IMG/VR virus record: IMGVR_UViG_3300020049_007132
Direction: 5' to 3' (one strand)
Length of the DNA: 20,000 nucleotides
Source: an uncultured virus (IMG/VR IMGVR_UViG_3300020049_007132)
Lineage: Duplodnaviria; Heunggongvirae; Uroviricota; Caudoviricetes; Crassvirales
The notes under the pieces were generated by a model. It was not told the DNA's origin, did not search any database, and worked only from the letters and a program-made list of their open reading frames with translations. Positions 10,119-17,827 of the stretch are shown here, piece after piece (position 1 is the first letter of the stretch; every line of letters begins with the position of its first letter). A program made the translations under genes and the position numbers.

Positions 10119-10142
10119 ACAAAAAACCAAAATAGATTATTT

Positions 10143-10385
10143 ATGAAATCAATTCAAATGGAAAAACAGATCACCCCCGAAAGCGTTGAATCAGCACAAA
10201 AGTTAATTGAGCAAGATAAAGCAGACAGAAGCACAAGAGTTTTAACAGGACTACAAAAGTTGCTTGAGGAAAATGCCTGTGAAATAATAGTAGAGATGGC
10301 AGTGCCTTTCATGGGAAGGGATATAGTTGTTAGTGATAAGATGCTTCCACCCGAAAAAGTTAAGATTACAATATTACCAAAATAA
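10143..10385 (+). CDS. Hypothetical protein (80 aa), possibly a fibre assembly chaperone
   Basis: Small helical protein directly after the fibre genes; function inferred from position only. Confidence 0.55.
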   Translation: MKSIQMEKQITPESVESAQKLIEQDKADRSTRVLTGLQKLLEENACEIIVEMAVPFMGRDIVVSDKMLPPEKVKITILPK

Positions 10386-10390
10386 AGAGT

Positions 10391-10741
10391 ATGCTTTCAC
10401 TACAAGTAGTATCAGATAATTCTTGGATATATCCGTTAGTAATTGGTACAGGTGTAAGCATTGTATTGTCTATTATGGTATGGTCGCTAAATAGAAATGT
10501 CAATGAGAATGACAAGACCATAGCTGAAAATGCAGAGAGGCATGAAGCATCAATCAGGGAGCAACAGGCACTTATCAGTAGGTTGAAAGATGAGGTTGAC
10601 AGGATGAAGGATAAGATAAACGAAAACCATAGCAATGCCAACACTAAAATATATGAGATGACGGCAGAAATATCAAAGGGGCTAACAGAGTTATCAATCA
10701 AGATTGCTGAAATGAAGCGTAATGACAACAATTCTAAATAA
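10391..10741 (+). CDS. Single-pass membrane protein with coiled coil (holin/XhlA-like architecture)
   Basis: TM segment WIYPLVIGTGVSIVLSIMVWSL followed by a long heptad-like helix; lies just after the tail genes. Confidence 0.6.
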   Translation: MLSLQVVSDNSWIYPLVIGTGVSIVLSIMVWSLNRNVNENDKTIAENAERHEASIREQQALISRLKDEVDRMKDKINENHSNANTKIYEMTAEISKGLTELSIKIAEMKRNDNNSK

Positions 10742-11186
10742 CAGTTCTGTTTTGCTATTCTTGATAAGCAAGTTACATCAGGGGGTTGCTATATGCGACA
10801 AATCGCAGAATATTGTTTTATGGAATGAGGCAGCAGAACAAATTGCCGGAGTAAAGGTTAAGTCAGCAGCAGAGAGTGATTGGGTGTATCATAATCAATT
10901 TAAAAAAAGGAACGGTCAGCCATTGGAAGAAAGTGACAGAGCATTATATCGTGCTATGAAAGAGGAGAAAGAAACGCAGACACAAACGATGTACATAGAC
11001 AAAGAAGGCAATAAGGTATATTTAGATGCAAGGGCATATCCACTATATAACAACGACCAAACCCTTATAGGAGCAGTAGCCTTTTTTAAGGACGTTACCA
11101 ATCAGATTAAAATGGAGAAGTTACTCACCGAAATAGAAGAAAAGTTAAAAGAGATGCAAGACTACCTAAAGACCTTTAGCCTTTAG
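10722..11186 (+). CDS. Stand-alone PAS-PAC domain protein with C-terminal coiled coil
   Basis: PAS N-terminus LHQGVAICDKSQNIVLWNEAAEQIAG and PAC end YLDARAYPLYNNDQTLIGAVAFFKDVT. It stops after a signalling-helix-like segment, with no kinase or other output domain. Confidence 0.85.
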   Translation: MTTILNNSSVLLFLISKLHQGVAICDKSQNIVLWNEAAEQIAGVKVKSAAESDWVYHNQFKKRNGQPLEESDRALYRAMKEEKETQTQTMYIDKEGNKVYLDARAYPLYNNDQTLIGAVAFFKDVTNQIKMEKLLTEIEEKLKEMQDYLKTFSL

Positions 11187-11232
11187 TATGTTACTATTTG
11201 GGTATTTTATAGCCTAAAAACACCACTCTCTC

Positions 11233-11323
11233 ATAGGTAGCCACTAAAATAACTACCCAAAAAACGATGTTACCAAAAGTGTAAAACTGCACAACCGATA
11301 CATTATAGGTAGCCATACCTTTA
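11233..11323 (+). promoter_or_regulatory. Direct repeat ATAGGTAGCCA (11233-11243, 11305-11315) abutting a near-consensus -7 element TACCTTTA
   Basis: Exact 11-bp repeat in a 154-bp intergenic gap upstream of 11341. Confidence 0.45.
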
Positions 11324-11340
11324 CATTAAAATAAATAAAC

Positions 11341-11556
11341 ATGGCAAATCTAAATTTAAACTTAGGTGAAACATTGGTGATTCTTGCAGGTCGTCACCAT
11401 GTAATCAATGATGAAAGGGCTGACTACCTTTCATTAGAAACGCAAGTAACAAACACCTACCAACAAGGCAATGTTGCCTTTGGTACAGTGCCAAGCGAAA
11501 CACCATCAATCGGTGACGGTGTAGATCATCCACGTATTCCCCCTAAACAAGTGTAA
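11341..11556 (+). CDS. Small protein (71 aa) with a Pro-rich C-terminal tail (GDGVDHPRIPPKQV)
   Basis: A-rich leader (AAATAAATAAACATG); ATG start. Confidence 0.7.
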   Translation: MANLNLNLGETLVILAGRHHVINDERADYLSLETQVTNTYQQGNVAFGTVPSETPSIGDGVDHPRIPPKQV

Positions 11557-11757
11557 ATGGTTGAAGTGGTTATTTGGGTAATCATTATTATTTTTGCTTT
11601 GTGGGTTTTCAGGGTATTTCATTTGCAGAACGTCAAGATAAAACGTATGCAACGAAATGTAGAAGGCGCATTAAAGAACTTACATGATGTCACTACAAAG
11701 TTCAAAACGGCGATTGAAGCACTTGAAAGAGTGGGCAAAGACCAAATGGATAAGTAG
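11557..11757 (+). CDS. Small membrane protein, N-terminal TM plus coiled coil
   Basis: VVIWVIIIIFALWVF hydrophobic helix. Confidence 0.7.
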   Translation: MVEVVIWVIIIIFALWVFRVFHLQNVKIKRMQRNVEGALKNLHDVTTKFKTAIEALERVGKDQMDK

Positions 11758-12139
11758 TTTGTTCTTCGTGTTTTTCTTTACTGATTTCCTTCTTTCCAAT
11801 GCTCACTACCTGAAGCATGATGTTCGTGTAGAGGTAACTAAAGATACCTACTATGGCTATGTCATGGAAGGCGGTGACGTGGAGATGTGGGTACGTGACT
11901 ACACATGGTACATCAGGGTAGCGTTACTGCTACTGTTGCCTATCATCATGAGCATCACAAACTACAAAGCATCAAAAAAAGAGATTGCAGGGGCAGTAAT
12001 CTATACCGTCATTGCCTTTAAAGATTGTGTTGACTTTTACCGAAACCACAACACCACAACAAGCCTTACCGATTATACGATATTATTCATATCTTTAACA
12101 CTTGTTCATGTTTACTTTTCACAAAAACAAAAGGTATGA
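11684..12139 (+). CDS. Multi-pass membrane protein (about 4 TM); true start may be a downstream TTG
   Basis: Four hydrophobic segments; the 74-nt overlap with the upstream gene makes the start uncertain. Confidence 0.65.
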   Translation: MMSLQSSKRRLKHLKEWAKTKWISSLFFVFFFTDFLLSNAHYLKHDVRVEVTKDTYYGYVMEGGDVEMWVRDYTWYIRVALLLLLPIIMSITNYKASKKEIAGAVIYTVIAFKDCVDFYRNHNTTTSLTDYTILFISLTLVHVYFSQKQKV

Positions 12140-12471
12140 CAGAATACATCGCAATCAGTTCTTTAGGTTTACTCCTTCATTGGCTAACCGAACTATCCAT
12201 AGCATACAGGAAAACAAAGAAGTACAAAGTGCATTTTAATTGGGGCTTATTCCTTGAGGAAAATCTAATCAACTTCCTTGTGTGTGTCACAAGTTCGATA
12301 GTGATATTCTTCCTTGTGGACGTGGAGCAGATTAAAGCAATGACCTTTCCCTACTTTAAATTCCTTCGCATGGACACCATCTTCTTCCTTTCAGGCGGCA
12401 TGATGGGTAGTTACATTGTTAACCAAACATTAAAAGTGATAGAGTTCATGTTTCGGTTCAACAAAAAGTGA
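12136..12471 (+). CDS. Three-TM membrane protein, holin candidate
   Basis: Three hydrophobic helices, a basic loop and a basic C-terminus (FRFNKK); ATGA overlap with the upstream gene. Confidence 0.55.
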   Translation: MTEYIAISSLGLLLHWLTELSIAYRKTKKYKVHFNWGLFLEENLINFLVCVTSSIVIFFLVDVEQIKAMTFPYFKFLRMDTIFFLSGGMMGSYIVNQTLKVIEFMFRFNKK

Positions 12472-12482
12472 AAATATTTAAA

Positions 12483-12490
12483 TACCTTTG
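12483..12490 (+). promoter_or_regulatory. Possible Bacteroidota -7 element (TACCTTTG)
   Basis: Exact TAnnTTTG match 22 nt before the ATG at 12513. Confidence 0.45.
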
Positions 12491-12512
12491 ATTAACGAAA
12501 AAAGCAAGTACC

Positions 12513-12761
12513 ATGATTCAAATAGGTGAAGCAATAGACCAAGCAAAGATCATCAAGGACATGATTAAGTCCCCTGAATTTTTAGCGGCAAAACAGGCTA
12601 TCAAAGACATCACCCCTGAATCCACAGGAGATGAAAAGGTAGAGGCTGTAAAGAACATCATCCCATTTTTACTTCCGATAGCTGAATTTGCAAAAGCTAT
12701 CTTAGGAAAGAAAGGGGATAATACCGTTGATGACATTACTGAAATCTTGAACTCAATTTAA
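12513..12761 (+). CDS. Hypothetical helical protein (82 aa)
   Basis: ATG start, amphipathic helices, in operon with the downstream hydrolase. Confidence 0.65.
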   Translation: MIQIGEAIDQAKIIKDMIKSPEFLAAKQAIKDITPESTGDEKVEAVKNIIPFLLPIAEFAKAILGKKGDNTVDDITEILNSI

Positions 12762-12765
12762 TACT

Positions 12766-13599
12766 ATGAAAAAGTTTCTTTTAGTTCTTCTTGTTTCGTG
12801 TATTTCGTTATTGTCTTTAGGACAACCAACCATTCCAACTGAACCATGTGTTAGATATTTGACACCATGTTTTACTGAATGGACTTCTATTAGTGGTGAG
12901 TATCAGCCTGGATATGCCTTCACTTTTTATATGCCTAAGAATGACACAGACACAAAGCGTCCTGTAATTATTTTTTATACAGGTGGTGGGACTACTGACA
13001 TTGGAAGTCTTTCTAAGTTGTGTATTGAAATAACAAAATTAGGTTATGTAACGTGTGCTGCTCAATACAAAAAAGGAGTAGGTGATGGATTTACAGAGGC
13101 AGAACAAAAGGAAGCGGTAATAAACACATATACCCTTATCAGGTACATAAGAGAGAACGCAACACTATTAGGTGTCAAGAAGAAAAAAATGTTTGGTTAT
13201 GGAACAAGTGCCGGAGGTATAACATGGATAAATGCAGGTATAACAGCTAACAATACAGACATTCCATTTTATGCAGGTATTTTTGTACCCAATATAAAAG
13301 GTTCATTGATTGCTACTGCATCTAATAGTGCTGCTGCAATAGGTGCTTATTTTTATTTGATTAATCCAACAGGTGTTCAAAATAATTTTTATAACGGGGG
13401 TAAAGACCCTTTAATCCCCTGGCAGCAAGCACAAGCAACATACGAATTTCAATTATCTGTCGGCATCAATTCATTGTTTCATCTTTATCCAAATAGCGCA
13501 CATGGTGTAGGAGAACATGATGATATGTGGTATAACCCTGAATATGGTATCATACCAACATTTTATAAGAAGCTAAACATCAAAACACCGAAGCCATAA
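12766..13599 (+). CDS. Secreted alpha/beta hydrolase (carboxylesterase/lipase-like)
   Basis: Signal peptide MKKFLLVLLVSCISLLSLG, oxyanion motif YTGGG, nucleophile elbow GTSAGG (Ser codon 13207-13209), acid GGKDPLIP and His NSAHG. Confidence 0.88.
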   Translation: MKKFLLVLLVSCISLLSLGQPTIPTEPCVRYLTPCFTEWTSISGEYQPGYAFTFYMPKNDTDTKRPVIIFYTGGGTTDIGSLSKLCIEITKLGYVTCAAQYKKGVGDGFTEAEQKEAVINTYTLIRYIRENATLLGVKKKKMFGYGTSAGGITWINAGITANNTDIPFYAGIFVPNIKGSLIATASNSAAAIGAYFYLINPTGVQNNFYNGGKDPLIPWQQAQATYEFQLSVGINSLFHLYPNSAHGVGEHDDMWYNPEYGIIPTFYKKLNIKTPKP

Positions 13600-13638
13600 A
13601 AAAAGGAAAGTGCAGCATTACCCACACTTTCCCTTTTA
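13600..13638. terminator. Probable bidirectional intrinsic terminator between the convergent blocks
   Basis: Stem GGAAAGTG (13605-13612) / CACTTTCC (13625-13632), flanked by an A-tract and a T-tract. Confidence 0.7.
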
Positions 13639-13661
13639 ATTTCGTGCTTATCACTTCTTCT

Positions 13662-14549
13662 TTAAACAGATAGCGTAGGTGCTGATTTAGTTGCGATACA
13701 GCGTTCAAAGAACTCCATTGGTGTCATATTACATTCTGTAAGGTATTCATGGATTGTATCAAGGAACTCTATGATGTCCACGTCCATGTGCTGTGATACA
13801 CCTATTTCATATAGTTCTTTGATCTTTTTGAGGTTGCCTTTGGGTGCTTCCTTTTCTTCTTTTGCTTTTCGGGACTGTACGGTTAATCCGTCTTTCTTTC
13901 CTTCATCAATCGCTTTTATTGCTTTTTCAACGGCAATAGTATCACTCAATTCATTTGATGGTTTACCGTTGTTTTTAGCTTTCGCTTCTTTTTTTGATTC
14001 CGTCAAAATCACAACGGCTTCTGAACTTTTCAAATCACCTGCATAAACACTTTCCCGAATTGGGTCAGGTGCTTCGGCAATGGATAACATTTGAGAAACA
14101 AAGGCAGGGGATTTTCCTATCCGCTTTGCAATCTCATCATTTGATTTGTTGTGGTTGTGCTTTAACCTGTAAAACAGTTCACACACTTCCGCTTTGGTAA
14201 GATTCTTATTGTCCTGTGTTTGGTACACGTCAAACAACCTGTCCTCAAGACGATACCCTTTTTTATGCAAGCGAAACGGCACACGAAACTCATCATCAAG
14301 CAGACTTTCCGATATAGCCATTTGTATAGCCCTGTTACGCCTGAAACCATCTGTCAGCATGATTACCCCACCTTCACCCCGATAACCCAACAGAATCGAA
14401 TTACCTACCCATCCTGACACAATGGATAGTTTTAGTGCTTCAATGTCGCCATAATCCTTTCTGATGTTAAATGTTTCATCGGCAATGACCATTTTAGGGT
14501 CAACCCAATAGATGTCTGATTTCTGTTCTTTTTGCAGTTTGTTTTCCAT
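13662..14549 (-). CDS. ParB/RepB/Spo0J-family protein (ParB N-terminal domain plus HTH); no ParA in the window
   Basis: FNIRKDYGDIEALKLSI; arginine patch DGFRRNRA (GxxRxxA); HTH SNDEIAKRIGKSPAFVSQMLSIA. Confidence 0.88.
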   Translation of the reverse strand: MENKLQKEQKSDIYWVDPKMVIADETFNIRKDYGDIEALKLSIVSGWVGNSILLGYRGEGGVIMLTDGFRRNRAIQMAISESLLDDEFRVPFRLHKKGYRLEDRLFDVYQTQDNKNLTKAEVCELFYRLKHNHNKSNDEIAKRIGKSPAFVSQMLSIAEAPDPIRESVYAGDLKSSEAVVILTESKKEAKAKNNGKPSNELSDTIAVEKAIKAIDEGKKDGLTVQSRKAKEEKEAPKGNLKKIKELYEIGVSQHMDVDIIEFLDTIHEYLTECNMTPMEFFERCIATKSAPTLSV

Positions 14550-14606
14550 GATGTGAAATTTTAGTTTAGGTTTAAGAAAGGTTTTTATTTCGTGAAAAGC
14601 TATTGA

Positions 14607-15044
14607 TTACCTGAATGCAAAAAATCCAATTTCTTTGAGTTCTGCAATGGTTGAATGTATGGGTGTATCACTGCTACCATGTAAAAAATATGCTTTAGCA
14701 ACAAAGTGAGTAGGCGCATCTGTCATAATATCATAAAAAGACCCTGTATGTCCATCAGGAATACGATCATAACATTCTCCTGTATCAACTGAAATATAAA
14801 CTTTGCGAACTTTTGGTTTTTCAGGTTCAATAGTTTGTGTGGCAGGTGGGTACGTTTCCGATTTCAGCACAACCTCATCACCTAATATTGATAGGTTTTT
14901 ATGTGCTTCTGTAAAGGCATCTATAGCCTCCTGTTCATTTCTTTTAAAGAGGTCTTTATTAGATTGCCCTTCAACGGATAGGCGTACTATAAACCATTTT
15001 CCGTCAATATCATTCCGGCTGATTAATTCTAATTTCTTTGTCAT
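14607..15044 (-). CDS. Hypothetical protein (145 aa; start revised to MTKKLELISR)
   Basis: The ATG at 15044 is preceded by the conserved AAAAAACTTCATC motif. The listed 15095 start overlaps the upstream gene. Confidence 0.7.
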   Translation of the reverse strand: MTKKLELISRNDIDGKWFIVRLSVEGQSNKDLFKRNEQEAIDAFTEAHKNLSILGDEVVLKSETYPPATQTIEPEKPKVRKVYISVDTGECYDRIPDGHTGSFYDIMTDAPTHFVAKAYFLHGSSDTPIHSTIAELKEIGFFAFR

Positions 15045-15073
15045 GATGAAGTTTTTTATTTCGTGAGTATTGA

Positions 15074-15271
15074 TTAAGCAATTATTTTGCACCATCCTAA
15101 ACCAATAGATGTGCTTTTTCTGTTTCCGTCAAACAATACATATAAGGTGGTATATTGAGTATTGCTTTCTTTTATTCCTGTAATTACTCCATGTTGTTTT
15201 TTGCCTCGTTTAAATACGTAGCAAGTCGCTTGTACCCTTTTGCCTATTAGGGAATTTATATTTGATTCCAT
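15074..15271 (-). CDS. Hypothetical small SH3-like protein (65 aa)
   Basis: Start motif AAACTTCACCA-ATG; the pattern IGKRV..GVITGI..YVLFD suggests an SH3-like barrel. Confidence 0.7.
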   Translation of the reverse strand: MESNINSLIGKRVQATCYVFKRGKKQHGVITGIKESNTQYTTLYVLFDGNRKSTSIGLGWCKIIA

Positions 15272-15342
15272 TGGTGAAGTTTGTTTTTAATTTCGTGAAT
15301 ATTAAAATCTAATGCAATTATCAATTCTTTTTGTGAGCCGTT

Positions 15343-15468
15343 CTAATTTTTTCGACCAACCACATAAAACAACCTACGAACAAAGCAAAAGGTCTGATTA
15401 ATCTTTTCAAAGGCAATAATGAGGGCAATTAAAAGCACCCATTTAAAGGGGTTGTTATACTCCTGCAT
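15343..15468 (-). CDS. Possible 41-aa membrane peptide (MQEYNNPFKWVLLIALIIAFEK...)
   Basis: Read by hand, below the ORF-track cutoff; short hydrophobic stretch; fills the gap. Confidence 0.3.
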   Translation of the reverse strand: MQEYNNPFKWVLLIALIIAFEKINQTFCFVRRLFYVVGRKN

Positions 15469-15613
15469 GTGATTTCATTTTAAAGGTAAAAGGAACAATT
15501 TTGTACATAGCCCGATCAGCAATTAAATTCAGTTTATACCTACACAAAGAATACTCTCCGAAGCAAATCATTTCTTTTGTAGGCAGATAGACTAATTTCC
15601 ACTTGTCCGGCAT
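15455..15613 (-). CDS. Unlisted 52-aa ORF (MPDKWKLVYLPTKEMICFGEYSLCRYKLN...)
   Basis: Read by hand; preceded by a motif variant AAAAAACTTTGACAC-ATG, immediately after the stop of 15617-15832. Confidence 0.55.
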   Translation of the reverse strand: MPDKWKLVYLPTKEMICFGEYSLCRYKLNLIADRAMYKIVPFTFKMKSHAGV

Positions 15614-15616
15614 GTG

Positions 15617-15832
15617 TCAAAGTTTTTTAAAATCCGAGTTAAGAAAGTCCAATGTTTTCATTTCGATCTTTCCCATCATAGGTGAATCAATACTTACCGT
15701 ATCAGCCCCTATTCTTTTAAGGTTGCCTGTTACTATCCCTCCGTTAAAATGGAAGCTGTAATAGCCTGTATGAAGGTCAGAGGGGCGTTTATCTGATTGC
15801 CTGGATTGATTAAGGAAATGTTCGTGGTACAT
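15617..15832 (-). CDS. Hypothetical protein (71 aa)
   Basis: Co-oriented within the array; ATG start; lacks the start motif. Confidence 0.55.
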   Translation of the reverse strand: MYHEHFLNQSRQSDKRPSDLHTGYYSFHFNGGIVTGNLKRIGADTVSIDSPMMGKIEMKTLDFLNSDFKKL

Positions 15833-15892
15833 GGGTATGTTGTTTAATTGCGTGAAATTTGGTTATCTTTTCTTCATGTAGAAGATAGTAAG

Positions 15893-16138
15893 TTATTGGA
15901 GTTTGAAAAGGTGATTTATTGCTGAATGAGTAACGATTGCGTAGGTTTCTTTCTGGTATCTCATCGTTTCAACAGTTACGGCATAATCAGTAAATAAATC
16001 CCATTTAGAAAAGTATCCAGCCTTTATTATAGCACGTTTAGTTTTTACTCCGGCATTCCTTGTTTTAGCATCTTCATAGTGGATTAACAAAGGGGTGCGA
16101 CCACTTACACAAGTTTGTATAAATTCAACAGTTTTCAT
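15893..16138 (-). CDS. Hypothetical protein (81 aa)
   Basis: Start motif AAAAACTTCGCAATC-ATG. Confidence 0.75.
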   Translation of the reverse strand: MKTVEFIQTCVSGRTPLLIHYEDAKTRNAGVKTKRAIIKAGYFSKWDLFTDYAVTVETMRYQKETYAIVTHSAINHLFKLQ

Positions 16139-16171
16139 GATTGCGAAGTTTTTAGTTTAGTTATCAATTAG

Positions 16172-16363
16172 TTAGGAATTAAGCAAAAATTGGAGGGCTT
16201 TTATTTTGTCCTGATGATCTTCAACAGTTCCGGTAAATGGTTCATTCATTCCTTTTAACCTGCGCAGGTTCTCCCGCTGCCATTTTTTTGTACGTGGTTT
16301 AAAGCAACCTATCCAAAATTCAAAGGATGCAATATAGTTGACTTTTATCGTGTTCTTGTTCAT
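16172..16363 (-). CDS. Hypothetical protein (63 aa)
   Basis: Start motif AAAAAAACTTCAAACC-ATG. Confidence 0.75.
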   Translation of the reverse strand: MNKNTIKVNYIASFEFWIGCFKPRTKKWQRENLRRLKGMNEPFTGTVEDHQDKIKALQFLLNS

Positions 16364-16408
16364 GGTTTGAAGTTTTTTTAATGGTTAAAATTGAATTATT
16401 GAAGTTTT

Positions 16409-16453
16409 AAAAAAAGAGGTACTAAGGATTAATCCGTTTCCCTCCTTACCCCT
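16409..16453 (-). terminator. Possible intrinsic terminator/hairpin
   Basis: Imperfect stem (TAAGGA/TCCTTA plus GGT/ACC) followed on the - strand by a U7 tract (A run 16409-16415). Confidence 0.4.
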
Positions 16454-16463
16454 GAAAACTTCA

Positions 16464-16943
16464 CTAAACAGGGGAATTATGATACAAGTATCTTGGAATG
16501 TTTGCGCCTGACCTTATTTTTTTGCCGTATATCCTGCAAACTTTGTCTAAGCGTATTTGCCTACGTTGTGAGCGTGTTGTAAGTGATTGTGCCGTATTGG
16601 TTGCCTCTAACTTGATAACCTTTACAGCGTCCGCTGTGATAGCATTTGCGGGCATTCTGTTTGTATCAGTGTCAAAAATATACTGCATCAATTCCAAAGG
16701 AGCACGAAGGAATACCGAAAATGCGCCTCCATTGCCTGAAATATTGGTTATTTCCTGCCCGTTATAATCTTTAAATCCTAATTCTTTGAACTTGTTTTGC
16801 AGGTCGGTATTGTCCCACCACTTTGTTTTCATGTGGTAAAGTCTCCACGTCTTTTTCATTGATCCGTCAAATAGATACTTTGGAGTGCAGTCTATGCCGT
16901 TTTTTAAAAGGTATTCACGCATTTTTTGATTTTCAGGTCTCAT
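16464..16943 (-). CDS. Hypothetical protein (159 aa; start revised to MRPENQKM)
   Basis: The ATG at 16943 is preceded by AAAAACTTCAACT; this start removes the overlap with the upstream gene. Confidence 0.75.
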   Translation of the reverse strand: MRPENQKMREYLLKNGIDCTPKYLFDGSMKKTWRLYHMKTKWWDNTDLQNKFKELGFKDYNGQEITNISGNGGAFSVFLRAPLELMQYIFDTDTNRMPANAITADAVKVIKLEATNTAQSLTTRSQRRQIRLDKVCRIYGKKIRSGANIPRYLYHNSPV

Positions 16944-16963
16944 AGTTGAAGTTTTTACGAAGG

Positions 16964-17155
16964 TTAATTTATTACAGTTCCGTTGTATGTGTACAGTTTC
17001 CCGCAAGTACATAGCACGTCTTTTTTAGTGGTTATGTCTGTGCATGGTTTTGCTCCACATGGACAATTTAAATACATGGGCGCAGGTTTGCCGATTTCAT
17101 AGCCTGAAAATCGAATCATCGCAACTTTTAGTAAAGTCATTTTTGCAGTAGTCAT
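16964..17155 (-). CDS. Small putative zinc-ribbon protein
   Basis: CPCG ... CTCG cysteine pairs; start motif AAAAAACTTCACAAA-ATG. Confidence 0.7.
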   Translation of the reverse strand: MTTAKMTLLKVAMIRFSGYEIGKPAPMYLNCPCGAKPCTDITTKKDVLCTCGKLYTYNGTVIN

Positions 17156-17181
17156 TTTGTGAAGTTTTTTTATTGTGTGAA

Positions 17182-17433
17182 TTAATTAGATTTAGTAAGT
17201 TCTGAAGGTTTATGAGGAAACCAGTATGAATCGGTATCTAAAAAAATCTGTCTGTCATAAAAAGACGCATCCGATTGTATTCCAAGTATTTTAAGGTTGT
17301 GGAATTTTACACCAAATTCATTTTTGAAGGTTACAATATCACCAACTTTAAAACCTTCCAATTGATCTATTAGGTTGATATTCCTTTTACTTGCCCATTG
17401 GTTAAACTGTTCTATGGTTTTTATTTCTTCCAT
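17182..17433 (-). CDS. Hypothetical SH3-like protein (83 aa)
   Basis: FKVGDIVTF..KILGI..YWFPHKPSEL pattern; start motif present. Confidence 0.75.
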   Translation of the reverse strand: MEEIKTIEQFNQWASKRNINLIDQLEGFKVGDIVTFKNEFGVKFHNLKILGIQSDASFYDRQIFLDTDSYWFPHKPSELTKSN

Positions 17434-17473
17434 TTTGTGAAGTTTTTACTATGTGAACTATTTGGTTAAAATC

Positions 17474-17797
17474 TTAATTGTTTATTTTTGTGAGCAGGAA
17501 TTTAAAATAGGTTATGTCATCTGCGCTTAATCCTGTTTGCGGTTTTGCTTTACTGCAATTTCCCCAAAAGGTTCTTAAATGCCATGTAAACAACTCTTTT
17601 TGATGTGGTTTGTGGAAACTTTCAGGCTCTAAATCTATGCTCCCGTATGCTTCCTGTTTATCATCAAATTCTATGAAGTAATATAAATCACTCCAATACT
17701 GCCTTTTAAAAATACTCTTAGCGGCTAAATTAGCATTGTGCCAATTTTGAACTTGTGCAAATAAATTGCCGTTGCTGTCTGTTAGTCTTATAGTCAT
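17474..17797 (-). CDS. Hypothetical protein (107 aa)
   Basis: Start motif AAACTTCACACA-ATG. Confidence 0.75.
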   Translation of the reverse strand: MTIRLTDSNGNLFAQVQNWHNANLAAKSIFKRQYWSDLYYFIEFDDKQEAYGSIDLEPESFHKPHQKELFTWHLRTFWGNCSKAKPQTGLSADDITYFKFLLTKINN

Positions 17798-17827
17798 TGT
17801 GTGAAGTTTAAAAAGTGATTTATTTGG

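Noticed and set aside
10391..11186. Programmed frameshift fusing the TM/coiled-coil ORF to the PAS ORF
   Set aside because: It would need a +1 shift; I see no convincing slippery site in the overlap, and the PAS ORF has its own ATG.
1000..12736. Many - strand ORFs antisense to the late genes (e.g. 2929-3339, 5602-6267, 8786-9343, 10366-10731)
   Set aside because: Shadow frames of real + strand genes; Phe/Ser-rich composition mirrors Lys/Glu codons; no start motif.
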